The translations under genes were made by a program, and so were the position numbers. A DNA stretch of 63,910 nucleotides, the filler included, from Choristocarpus tenellus KU-1152 (taxonomy: Eukaryota; Protista; Phaeophyceae), in the NCBI GenBank assembly GCA_964200185.2. It is 10 parts of 10 records of this genome, joined end to end, with 100 filler letters (N's around TTAATTAATTAA, not from the genome) between each part and the next. Parts side by side here need not be neighbours in the genome. Positions count along the whole stretch, not along the records: positions 25,824 to 30,069 come from CAXNAD020015501.1; positions 30,170 to 42,324 come from CAXNAD020001951.1; 8 more parts are not named here. The stretch is one strand, 5' to 3'. The notes beneath the pieces are model-generated. The model saw only the letters and a list, made by a program, of their open reading frames with translations, was not told the DNA's origin and did not search any database. Shown piece after piece: positions 25,927 through 38,207 of the stretch. Numbering within the stretch: position 1 is the first letter of the stretch; each line of letters begins with the position of its first letter.

Positions 25927-28900
25927 CTTTTCACTGGAAGTTGTGATGGTCTGAATTCCTCCAGTAATGGCAAGTGATTGACAGAGCTCGGCTATGAACA
26001 GCGGGTTCCCAGAGCATGATGTCACCACAAGTTTTCGAAATACGGGACTGAGCTCATCAACCTGTAGAAAATATAATATCAGCATGCAGTTAGATTGCTA
26101 TGGTCCCCTTGTGTCTGCCTAGGGGTGCATAACAGCTGCAGCATTTCAACAGTTTATTGTTCAAGAACACATGGGAATGTAGCTGGTGGTGAACACAGCA
26201 GAAGCAAGAATCCGTTTCATGTAGGCAACTTAATCTTTCCACCTTCATTTCCAGCTGCAGTTCCCTTTCCTTCTCAGCATCAACCATTGATAACCAACAG
26301 CTCAGTTCTGTAAACGTAAAGCATACACATTAAAATAAATACAGTAACGCCTCTTCGCCAAAACTCAATAGGGCCATTGCTCACACTCAAGAAAGAGCAG
26401 GTCATCTCTACTGCTGCGTCGTCTGAGAGCGGCTGCAGTACCATGCTTGTTGTCACACCTCTGAAGTATTAGAAGGAATTTGATATTTTTAGCATGGAGC
26501 AGACCAGTTTAGAAAGTGGGTGGGTGAGAAAGCAAGGTTTTTTCATGGTTTGCTCCTCAGGTTGCATGAAATCAGAGAAATATGGGTGCAAATTCATCCA
26601 GCCAACATGGGCGATAGATTTAGTCTAAGTTCATACAGCAGAATGAAGCGATTTCTCAATCGCCTGGAGGGGAGGGCCACCTGAGTTTAGAGAGCTTGTG
26701 ATGCTTCCTCTGAAGCTGAGCTGGGAACGCAAGAGCAGGGCGAGTTGTCAGCACAAAGAAGCAACCAATGTTCCAGGTATTGTCTCTGGCATCTTGAAGT
26801 AGTGCCAGTATCATGTCTAGGGAGCCGGAATCAGCCCAGTGAAGGTTCTCAATCTCGACAACCAGCAGCTATTGATGAAAATATGCAAGGGGAAGAGCAA
26901 GAAGGATAAAGCGCACAAATATATATATATATATATATTTTGGGGTTAGGGAACCGATACACATAGGCTGTCTGCCGCAGGATGACATCTCTTCAAAGTG
27001 TGATATTGTGCCCAAGAATATATCCTACCTCTTTCAGTCTAGACTCAAGAGAAGGGGGGAGAGGTAAAAAACTAAGTGCATTAGATCTCATGTTGGTAAT
27101 AAATGCCAAATCAACCCTATACGTATATAAAAGAACTTTGTACTGCTTTGATATATAGTACTTGCTACTTTGAAACAAGGAGCCCTTTCATAAAGAAAGA
27201 GTACATGCACCTAGTCATTGTACAAAAAAATTCTAAGCAGCGAGTGGTATGAGCACAAGAGGTGAAATCCATATACTCATGTTTCCTCCTCGTCATTCAT
27301 CACAGCTACTAGTGTGTGTTGCTTAGTTGCCATGATTGGTTTACGTATATCGAAGAGATGCAGTTAGGTGCAACCGAGGCCCAAAGTACCTGGGGGGGGG
27401 TCTACACCAGGGTGTCCATTTGAGCCCTGAGCAGGAGAAGTGAACTTACGCTATCCATCCGGCACTTGCAACCAAATCACCCAAAAATCGCAACATGGAA
27501 AAAAAATGGGCCCCGACTGGACAGCTGCCACCCCCTCCCCCCCCAGATACTTTAAGTCTGATATTGGTATGAGAGAGGGGCATGTAAGGGGAAGTATGCT
27601 ACCAGTCTCAGCACGATATGCATGGACACAGGGAGGGGTACAAGACATTCGTGAGTGCAGAAAAAACGCGGAAAAAACTCACCATTCTGACCTCAGCCAA
27701 CACCTCCACGGCAGTCTTGATTATTGCAAGAGACAAATCGAAGAGGAGTGGGAACAATTGCATCGGGGGGACTACCAAGAGAGATTCCTCCTGTATTTTG
27801 TGGACAATGGACGGGCATAGATGACAATGAAATGTGATTGGGAAGGCAAGGACATCATCAACGTGTAATAAGTGCCAACTCCTTCTTGGTGGATTAACAA
27901 AAAACGTATCTAAGGGGTAGGGGAGTTTGAGAGGGAAAACGACGCATTGACTGTATGTGACAAGTATAAGCATATGCTATTGGATAAGGTGTTTCCTCTC
28001 ACATTGTGGTCGTAACTCTGAACCTTTGCTACTTTACTTTGAGTAACTAATTTCGCTATGAATCATAGACTTTGAACAGGCAAGAAGTGATTGGTATTTG
28101 AACAAAAACATGCCACAAATCTTTCGGGACTGTTTAGCACTGTAGTGCAGTAGTGATTTCATCGTTGCAGTTAGGAAGCTGTCGAGTGAAATTTTCTCGT
28201 ATTGAAAGCATGCCCTTGAGAGTTTGGATGGGGAACTATACTCCCCATTTTAAACTATAGAAAAGTGTCGACGTTGGGTTGAAAGTCTTGAATGACATCC
28301 ATTTTCCCTTGTAACCACTTAATGTACTTTTTGCCTGTTAAGGTTGGGTACAGATGATTGTAGGTACTGGTCATTGGTGTTGAGACATATCAAGGCAAGA
28401 AATAGACTAGCTGCAGCACATTGCCTAAATAGATTGTTTCAGGCGCCCGCCCGCATATGGACAGCACAGGAGATGTAATGACTGACGGTAGCGAAAATAT
28501 TTCTTACGGTCATGGTCTCAGTTTAGTTAGCACCCTCAGCAGCGGACTATGATTCACCTCTTAACAAGATGACAAGTGCATTTGCTCTTGAAGCACTATA
28601 AACCATCAACCACCTTCTCTGAACAGTTGAAAGCCCCTGCTGGAGATCAGTGCAAACTCAACAACAAGAGCACCATGAAAATACCTGAAGTCGATAGTAG
28701 TGGCTTGAAAGTGGTTTGAACCTGTCCACCAAAGGCTCTACCGACTGGAGGAGAGATAGTGACATGAGCTTATCCATTATTGCCGACGCCTCCCCTGCAC
28801 TGCTAGCCACACGCTCCTGTAGGACAAGTGGTGAAAGTAGCCATTGTTGGTGAGTGACCATAATTATTTATGGGCTTGACAAGACACTTAAGCCTTCTTA

Positions 28901-29381
28901 TGCTTGTCGAAAGCTACTTTGAAGGCACGTCTGCAGTATCAACATAGAGTGTAACATTGATCACAGGGCTAGGTGTTGCTCGTATTAGTATGAGAGTCCT
29001 CTCCCCAATACATCAACCAATATCTGATCTACGACATACAATATCTGATCTACGACATACTTGTCAACACCGTTCAGCTTGGGCCTTCCTCCAAATAACA
29101 ATGTCATCATCTCCTTCCAAAGCACCATCTCTTATCCTAAAAACACTGGTTTCGATGGAGTGATGGTAGGGTACGTAGCACATCAGCCATAGACACGGAC
29201 CAACCAAAATCTGACATACGAACAAAAAGTAATCCAAATCACGACACCCTCAAGATGTAATCCCTCAAGATGTAATCTATCTTTTCTTCTATATTTGATT
29301 TACTTGGAGCATCCAGTTGACGGCTTCATTTCCAGGAAATACTTTTCGGATGGTGATGTTTTCGACTGTGAAGTCCTTGGT
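25927..29381 (-). CDS. STAND/AAA-type NTPase (ADCY10/MalT-like) with DEP domain, partial; exons 29304-29381, 28685-28816, 27683-27790, 26681-26868, 26385-26460, 25927-26061
   Basis: Phase-compatible GT-AG exons give the DEP-like VFPGNEAVNWMLQ|ERVASSAGEASAIMDKLMSLSLLQSV, then LLVVEIENLHWADSGSL (Walker-B region), VLTTRP, LQPLS and SGNPLFIAEL. Confidence 0.8.
27378..27558 (+). mobile_element. MITE family A, complete ~181 bp copy (intronic)
   Basis: GGCCCAAAGTACCTGGGG...CCCCAGATACTTTAAGTC. Flanks CGA/TGA. Confidence 0.88.
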
Positions 29382-29779
29382 CTGTCAAAAAGAGTTTTGA
29401 GGGGATTGGACATATGTTTATTTATTGCGGCGTTTTTTCCCAAGGGGGGAGGGGGGGGGTTGGCAGCAGGTATTTCTTCAATAGGAAAGTTGTGTAAGGC
29501 AGTCGTAAAAAATATGCTGAGAGGCAAGGGTTGAAATTCAAGTCACAGATAATCATACGCATCTCATGGGAATGCCTAACATGTGGTTGTTTCCAATTTT
29601 TCGGCATATGCTCTGTCCGTTGATGTATGTGGCAGGATGTGTATAAATCTCCTCAGAATGGAACGTGTATTCCTAGTTCCCTCTCTCATGATAGAATGTA
29701 CAAACCAAGGTAAAAAATACCAACGAAAAACCCATGATGACAGGGCAATAGAGACCACACAAAGAAAAATATCCATGTA

Positions 29780-30069
29780 CACCAACCCTATACAGTCGTT
29801 AAGGATACCTCAATTGCACCAACCCTATACAGTCGTTAAGGATACCTCAATTGCACCAACCCTATACAGTCGTTAAGTATACCTCAATTGCACCAACCCT
29901 ATACAGTCGTTAAGTGTACCTCAATTGCACCAACCCTATACAGTCGTTAAGGATACCTCAATTGCACCAACCCTATACAGTCGTTAAGGATACCTCAATT
30001 GCACCAACCCTATACAGTCGTTAAGGATACCTCAATTGCACCAACCCTATACAGTCGTTAAGTATACCT
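29780..30069. repeat. 37-bp minisatellite, about 8 copies, truncated by spacer
   Basis: CACCAACCCTATACAGTCGTTAAGGATACCTCAATTG in tandem with no spacers. Confidence 0.95.
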
Positions 30070-30342
30070 NNNNNNNNNNNNNNNNNNNNNNNNNNNNNNN
30101 NNNNNNNNNNNNNTTAATTAATTAANNNNNNNNNNNNNNNNNNNNNNNNNNNNNNNNNNNNNNNNNNNNGATCTGTATTGGTGCATGAGAGAGGGAGGAG
30201 GGAAGAGAGGGAGGTGAAGAGGGGGGGGGGGGCTAATACTGGTCCTCCAAGAAGCACATATGGAGCATATATATATATAGGATAACGATGGTTAGAATAC
30301 AAAAAGATATGTGTTGCCCACAAAGCGAAGACCACCTCCCAC

Positions 30343-33255
30343 CTTAAGTGCCCTCCCATGGTCAGCAGCAAATGCGACAGCATCTTGGGAAATCGATAGG
30401 CAATCTGCCATCCTCAGCTCCTCCATTCCCCCCCCCTTTGCTGCTGCAGCCAGTAGCTTGAGTCCTGAATCTGTCACGCGGGGGCAGCTAGAGATGGCTA
30501 GGGCGCGCAACTGTGTGCATCCAGCGGCAACCCTAGAATCACAATGTTGTGAAATTACAATGGTTTTTGTTGAGGCACAGTGAATGTTCATGCTTATTGC
30601 GTCTTGAGGCAAATAATAAAATTTGTGATGAGGACTGTATTGAGGGTAACACAGTGCATTCCTCTGGATCCTAGGTTGGTGATGTCTTTGAGTTAGGATT
30701 GAAAATTTTGAGCACATTGTCAAATATGGGTGAGGCTGGCATTGCTATGCATAGGAGGGGTAAGATTCATCCATTACAGACGTGTTTTGATGATCAAGTA
30801 GGGAGTCTAAAATATTTTAGAGGGCGGGTTGAGGTGTACTGGGACTGGAGTCTCCTCAGTATGGTTGAGTCCTAAGGTGTAGCATAGGATAGAGCTGAGG
30901 CCGTGAATGGGGTCATGGTCATATTTCTCAAAGAAAAGATACTTCTAGTACTTATTTTGGCTGATGTAGAGAAGTTCATTCACTGGGTGGTCAAAGATTG
31001 TCTTGGAAAAGAAGGATAATGCCTGGATGTGTCATTATGGGTCTTTCGTTTCCAAAAGGTATCCTCTTCAGCAGTGTATGCCTTGCCAGTCAAGAGGCAT
31101 TTGCTACTACTATATCCCCTCATTGACTACTAGTGCAAGGGTATTATCAAGTCATACAAAAGAAATTATGACTGGAGCTTGGAATTAGGAAATAGTATGT
31201 GATCTTTGAATAACAAGATAGGGGCATGTCCTATTAGCTATTCAAGAGATACTTTGTTCTATCATAGAAAGACCCAAAGTATCTGTGGGGGNNNNNNNNN
31301 NGAATATGGAACGGTTGGAGATATAGTGGGTGGGGGGGCGACTTCAACCGGGTCTACACCAGGGTGTCCATTTTGGCCCAAACCAGGAAAGGTCCATCAA
31401 CATTATCCATCCGACGTATGCAACCAAATTACCCAAGAATCGTGACATGAAAAAATTGACCCCAAGTGGACAGCCGCCACCCCCCCCTGAGATACTTTGA
31501 GCCAAACATTATAATCGGCAAAAAACTAGGAGTGCCCTTTATCCTCACCAGTCCATCGCAGGTGCAACAAGGCCATGACAATGGGATAGATTCAGTCTCC
31601 TCAGGTCACATATCCTAGCTGTGGACATCTCCCCTGGAGACCCTTCCTTATGTAGGAATGCTAATCCTGTGACCTGCTTCAATTTACATGGACAATAATA
31701 TATCACATAGTAGATCAAGAACATCAAACCCATCGAACAAAGCTAAAACAACACAGCAGTGATAAGCTTCCTTAGTGCTGCTCAAACTCACTTTTCCTTT
31801 CGCCATGAAGTCTGATCACAAGTTGCAGTTGAAACAGAGGATCATGATTCAAGACAGTAATTGACAGCATTATAACAGTGAATGGAGGAAACTACCACAA
31901 GTCAGTCTCCTCGATGGCTTTGGACTATGTGTCTCTGGAAGATGTGTGGTTCAAATATGGTGTCAGCCTTGAACGGCACTGCTCACCCCTTGACACCCTT
32001 CTGTCTCCAGCTCTTCCAGTTGTTTGCAATCTTTCAGAACCTTGATGATACCATTGTCACTAATCCTGCAGCCACTACACCGTAGACGTCTCAACTGCCG
32101 GAAGCGACTCGAGACCTCACCAATGCCTATGTCAGTCAGGCCCGCACACAACGAAACATCCAGCCGTTGCAGTGACAGACAGCAGTTGCTGCCACTCTCA
32201 ATGTCCTCATTCTGACCATTGCTCAGGGAACCTCTTGAAGTTGGGAATGCCTCCACTACTAAGCTGGGAGGGCAGGGGGGGGCACGGAAATAGAATTTTG
32301 TTCTTGCATTTGAAAAGGCATTTCCAGAATATTCCAGAGGGTGCCCTCAAGTGTGCGGTTGCTCTTACGCATGTATCTCTGAACACACTATCCTTCCTAC
32401 CTGAGAAAGCGCTGCTTCCAAGCATTCAATAGTTTTTGTGTGCTTTACTTCTGTAAGTCTAGGGCTATAATATAGGAAGTCTGTGTGTCTGTTATGGACA
32501 TAGAAGACATCATCCCTTATTAGCGTTGTTTTGAAAAATGATCACGTGCGACCGCAGTTTGGTCTTTTGTGTTCATCAGTGTAGTGCTCTCCTCATTTTC
32601 ATATCCATCCATCTCAACATGGACTTGAATCTGTAGTGTGATTTAGTTTATAAACCACCCAGTAATAGGCCTTTGAAATCCCTTATTTCATAAATAAGGG
32701 CAACATCACTCTAACATGTACAAAATATGGGGATAGTCAGTCCAGAAACTCTGATTGACAATACGATGTACCCCTACACCTGAGTATGTAAGTGTGGGGC
32801 TGATTTGCAGGGTAAACAAGCTATTTGTGGTAGCGACAAGAGGATTTGGGGTGTGACTGTGTTCTCCGCAGATAATACTTGAAGTAATCAAATATGTTTT
32901 CTTTTTTGGAAAAGAAATTGTGAGAGTCATGTGATTCTTGGTGGCACCTTAGCCTTACAGGTTTACCACACTACAACTTTTACTAAGACATTGCAAAAGC
33001 AATGTACAACTATTTCTTCTTCAAAATCGCCTCATTGATGTGTGTGTAGAAACATATGCTTATGAGTTGCCTTTGGTGCTTCTTTTTTCTGAAAAATTTT
33101 CTACCTCAATTGCCCCTTCCTATTGTTTGTAAGCCCCAATATCACTGGGATGTCGTTGGCAAGAGACATCTAAGAAAAACACTTCAGACCATGCCCGGTG
33201 CCGGAAGACTCTTTTATCACCCCTTTGATTCTTCAAATGTGTTTGTTCCCAGTAA

Positions 33256-33295
<40 letters not shown>

Positions 33296-34345
33296 ACTTA
33301 CCGGTCAGAGATCCAGCGACTCCCAGACAGGTTCAGCTCAACGAGCTGACTGGCTATTTGAAGGAAAGCTTTAAGAGCTACTGGGGAGACATCGCGGCAT
33401 CCAGAAATATCGACCTCTTTCAGACTGGACCCGAGACTACGGAGTAGGTAGAGGGTGGCACTGTCCAGACTGTCTCTGTTCGAGATCCTGAGTGCTCTCA
33501 AACGACTATGAGGATATGGGATGTATTTGGGCTTTGGTCAGGACTTTTCTCTCCTTCAGTCTAGGTTCAAGATATGTCGTCAAGTTGTGGTCATCCTTGC
33601 ATTGCTTGCCAAGGGCAAGGATAGGCTGGGTAACTGAAAGCTGGACGTAGGTTTAAACGGCAACAAGCACTTGCTGGTGTTGTAGTAAACATGGCATCAA
33701 GTTTAGATGAAACTATTTTGGTTTCAATATTCTTTTCGACCTTAATCATGTTTTCTTGTCCATATTTGTGCAGTTCCATCTCATTTCTCAATTTAAAAAA
33801 AATCTCAGATGAAAAGTGGATCGACCGATCACAAGGCCTATGAGGTAGGATTATATTATACTGAAATCCGAGCGAGTCTACCTGTTCTCCTTCGAAATGC
33901 GCTCTGCCGACTCCTGTGAAACTTTCCAGGCACTGAGATCCAGTCGCTCCACTGGCTGGCCAATAGGGTGGCCAGGGAAAGGGTGCATCCGCATGTCGGG
34001 ACCAACAATGTAGGCATGATGAATTAAGTGTGGTGGAAACGGAGCCAAATCATGACACAATTGCATTTCCAGCTCGTCTCCGCTCGACATTCCAATATCT
34101 TGACCCTCTCTATGACTTCCGGATGTTATGGAAAAAGGCAACACCTGCTCAAGCAAGCCATCCATAGGAGCAATGTCAATGTCCCCATCAATGTATTCCT
34201 TGCTTTTGTGGCCGATTCTGCACACAAGTTCACATGGCGGTTCTCTGTTGGGTGAGTATGTCTGTCCTATGTTGGACCGAAAATATTTCCAAGTCTTGAA
34301 TCCTCTATCCCTCCGCCCAACCTTAACCGAGTAAGTCAGTCCCTC
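30343..34345 (-). CDS. Leucine-rich-repeat protein (cysteine-containing, FBXL/AMN1-like), partial; exons 33882-34345, 33302-33505, 31987-32263, 31549-31673, 30343-30532
   Basis: Repeated LxxLxlsxCxxlTD units: LKEVDISGCRDVS, LQRLDVSLCAGLTD, LRALAISSCPRVTD. Splice phases are consistent. No F-box seen. Confidence 0.85.
31271..31503 (+). mobile_element. MITE family A (intronic)
   Basis: GACCCAAAGTATCTG...GATACTTTGAGCC. Flanks AAA/AAA. Confidence 0.88.
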
Positions 34346-35090
34346 CTGTAATTGGTGAAGACTCTGTGGAATGGGATCTCTACTAATTTGTGTCCTCTCA
34401 ATATTGACATGATTAATCCCACGTGTTCGTTTGCCTGGTCGATTTGACACCTTCACACAACACATCTCGGTGCATATTGATCAAAAGGAAATAGGCCCGC
34501 ACCCGATCCATTAAACTACAAGCCTCTTCATAAGGTTTGACACTCGGTTAAACTCTGAAACATCGATTCCTTACCCTCTGAGATCTTGCAAAGGAGAAAA
34601 CTATAACTGTAGAATCGAAGAGATACTTGAACATCGGATTGGCTGGAGGCGTTGTCCCCGTCCATACCATTCAAACTTCAAATTTCAGTAGGTGTTCATT
34701 ATCATGATGTAAGGGAGGTGAGGCATTAGATGGCAGAAGAAGAGTGTGAATGTACACGGGCCAGACCACAAAGTTCTAGTTGGCTTCACCCTTATCGAAT
34801 CTGGTGTTATCAATTTGGTTTCCGGTAACCTCTGATTCAGCTCGAGACTTCAAGCGAGTATCATTTGTATGGTGTTTTGTGCATCCTTGCCAACAACACC
34901 TACACCCAAGGGGACGGGTGCTAACAACGCTGTAATCTATAAACTTTGATTAATTTAAACCTTGCGAGATGGTGAGAGGCTAGATCCATTTTATTCGTGT
35001 GAAATATTCAAGGAAGCCACGCTCTAGAGCTACTCTTTGGGGAGCAGTGGTTTACTTTTGTTAGAATATTTGGATCACCTGAAGAAACAC

Positions 35091-36789
35091 ATGGATACGA
35101 GCGTCGACGCGATGACAAATACTGTGCATAGCCAAGATGGAGAGAAAAATAAGGGGCGCCAATGTTCCCTTTATTTAGGCTGCAACGAACCTAGAGTTCT
35201 CCAGCCGCTGAAGAGGCTTCTTCTGCAAGCAAGGGGTGGAGCCACCATATTGTTCATCGTTGGAATATGGATTCTTGCGGTATGCACCCTGTGCCTGATC
35301 AACCTTCTCATCTAGGACACGTTGTATCTTCCATTGTTTGACTGAGCACTGCACCAACGTTGCCGCTCCTCGCACTATTAATACCTACCCCCTGCCCCTC
35401 TTCCTGGAGAGTTGTTGGTAGTTTGAAGTCATCCCTTAGACACATATTCTACCGTGAAGTTGGAACAGAAGAGCATCGCCAGCCCTATCACCACCACCAT
35501 CCTGACCTTCCGCCTGACCTCCATTTTATCCCCCTCGCCTGAACCAACCTTTTCGCACTACGCCCGCAGGTTGTCAGTCCTGCGATCGCACTGGGATTGG
35601 TCTTGCATGGTGGGGCGATTGCCTACACGGTCCTCGCAGGCTTAGTGGCAATCATCGTCTACCCCTATGTCACTGGACCAGACGGCGACGGTCATCAGTG
35701 GTATAAGAACGCACTCACGTCATGGGGGGAATGTTGGTTCGAGTCTTGCGAGAGACTCTACGAAGATGAGGGGCCAGCAGAGTGGGTGAGTAGCTAGCTG
35801 AGGATGTGCAAATGTAACTGCAGAGTGTAGGTGGGGAGATAAACCACGACCACCTACCAATTCTTTTGAGTGACTCAATGGATTTCTCTTGGAAGATTGT
35901 GATATTGTGCAGAGATAATGGAGTGGTTGATGTATGGTAAGTGGTGATATGTGAGCTTGGGAGGTGTTGCATCCATGCTGCACTGATTGTGATATATATG
36001 CACACATATATGTGGTACAATTGCCCCATTCGGGGAGTTTTGACACCACTACGAGTCTATGTGAATCATGTATGATGCAGCAATTCCCATTGCCCTAGTA
36101 ATGGTACTCTGTGCATGTGTTGCTGTGCTCAATTTCCTGTCTGCGTGAGCTTCTTCATGAGATTCGTGTCAGATTCGCGCCAGATTCGTGTCAGATTTGT
36201 GTCAGATTTGTGTCAGCTCATGCTGTCACTTCGAACTGCGAGATCAGTGTTGGAAGTATTGGAATTACGGACCCCTGTTTTCTTGTATTTGGCTAAAATA
36301 CTGGGACATAATGCAAGGAGAAGTCAAGGATATGTTGAGATTGAAATACAAAGATACACAACAAAACCTTTAAGATAGAGGACCCCTCACAGACACCCCA
36401 GATATTTTCTGATGGTCATCCACAATGACCTCTCAACCTCCTCACCCACCAACACTCCAGACAACATTTGGTGTCCGTGCAGTTACACAGTTACACAGTT
36501 ACACCTCACGCACTGCATCTTACCGTCCAAACCTCACCATCTGTTCCCAATTTTGCACCCCTCAACCCCAATTGAACCTCTTCACACACCCAATGGAGAA
36601 CATAGAGTGAGGGCAACACCAAGCTTCCCCCAACAATCTTCTGCTACCACCCCCATGGTGTCTTCAATATGGGATTTATCATTAATGGTGGGCTGCGTAA
36701 GGATCATCCCAACGTCAAGGGCCTTCTTGCAGGTGAAGAAATACCACGACAATTACATTTAAATGAGAAAGTCCTACCCAATCCTAATG

Positions 36790-36827
<38 letters not shown>

Positions 36828-38175
36828 AGTATTTGATACCAGCATAGGGGTGTACTTTTGTTTTTCTTTCTGTGTTGATATATACACACGGCTTTTATTG
36901 GCCTTGCAAAGTGATTATGTGTGCGCTAATATGTATATATTTATATGTATTTGAAAGTAGCATTCAAGAGTGCAAGCGTTACACATTTTTTGTTTTATTT
37001 GTTCCTCAGTGATTAGAACCGTCATTATTCCTACCATGTCTGTAATCTATTTTGGCTAGTGTGCACAGGGTATCATAATATACTATCATACTAGCACTTG
37101 CTTTCCTTTCCACGTGTTGTTTACCTGGAAAGATTGTAGAGCAGCCTTTACAACACACATACCCCATATTTGCGCAGAGCTGTAGAGCGATTTTTTTCAT
37201 ATTGTCAAGAAAATGTTTGGTTTTTATCATAGCAGTGTTTCGCAGTGCACTTAATTTTCCTCCGTTTGCTATTTCCTGATTTTTGCCTTGATTTTTCTGA
37301 CAAGATTGCAAGATTATAAAAAAAAAAAAATCGAGTTGGGTGATGCATTGCGAAATAAATATCCTTTCTACCAGGGTGAACATTTTTTATTTTGGTTTAG
37401 TGCTGTGAGCAGAAACAGTACCGTTGGTGGGTATCACTTGCTGCTCATAGGAAGAGTGAAGTGTAATGGTCAATACCTGAGCCTCAAATCACATTGTGAG
37501 GCGCCCACCAAAATACTTGAGAAGTCTCAATATTGAGTGTGCAACTCCATTGAAAGGACTCTTGTGTCCTGTGGTAGTGGTGGATGTGATAATAGTGGAT
37601 GTGGTAGTATCATTCGCTCCCAAGTTTGAAGTGTGGTATCCCCAAGACCATGGCATCTCTTATCTCTTGATTGCATGCAACACACGCAACTCCATACTTT
37701 GAGCTGCAGTATATAACAAGCACAAAAATCTTCCCCCAAGATCTGTTTATCAACAGGCAATGGACTCTTGGGGTGTTATTATTACCTCTATCTCTGTTTT
37801 TCCTTTTCCCTGATGGTGATTCCTCTTTCTCTTCACCACCCCCCTCCCCCTCCTTGAAACCCTATGCATCCCCAACCCCCATTGTCATGTTAGGTTCACT
37901 TCACCATGCTCCTATCTTTCGACTGGTCATAGCTCGATGGACTGGTGCTACTGCCCCAGCATCTAAGGAAAGCATGCTCGGTCTCATGCGCACGGTGAGA
38001 AAGGGACTTGCTTTTTCTTTTTTCTTTTCTTATGATATGCGTCCGAGCACATCGTTGTTGTCCTAGAACCCCGTGATTTTGTGCAGGTAGACGAGGGTAT
38101 TGTCTCTACATCTATGGTGACAATATCTTCTTGTTCCTCTGAGGGATCTCAGATCCTTGGTCGAAGGCACCACCG

Positions 38176-38207
<32 letters not shown>

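Noticed and set aside
29780-30069. 37-bp repeats resembling a CRISPR array
   Set aside because: Units are contiguous with no unique spacers, there are no cas genes, and the context is eukaryotic.
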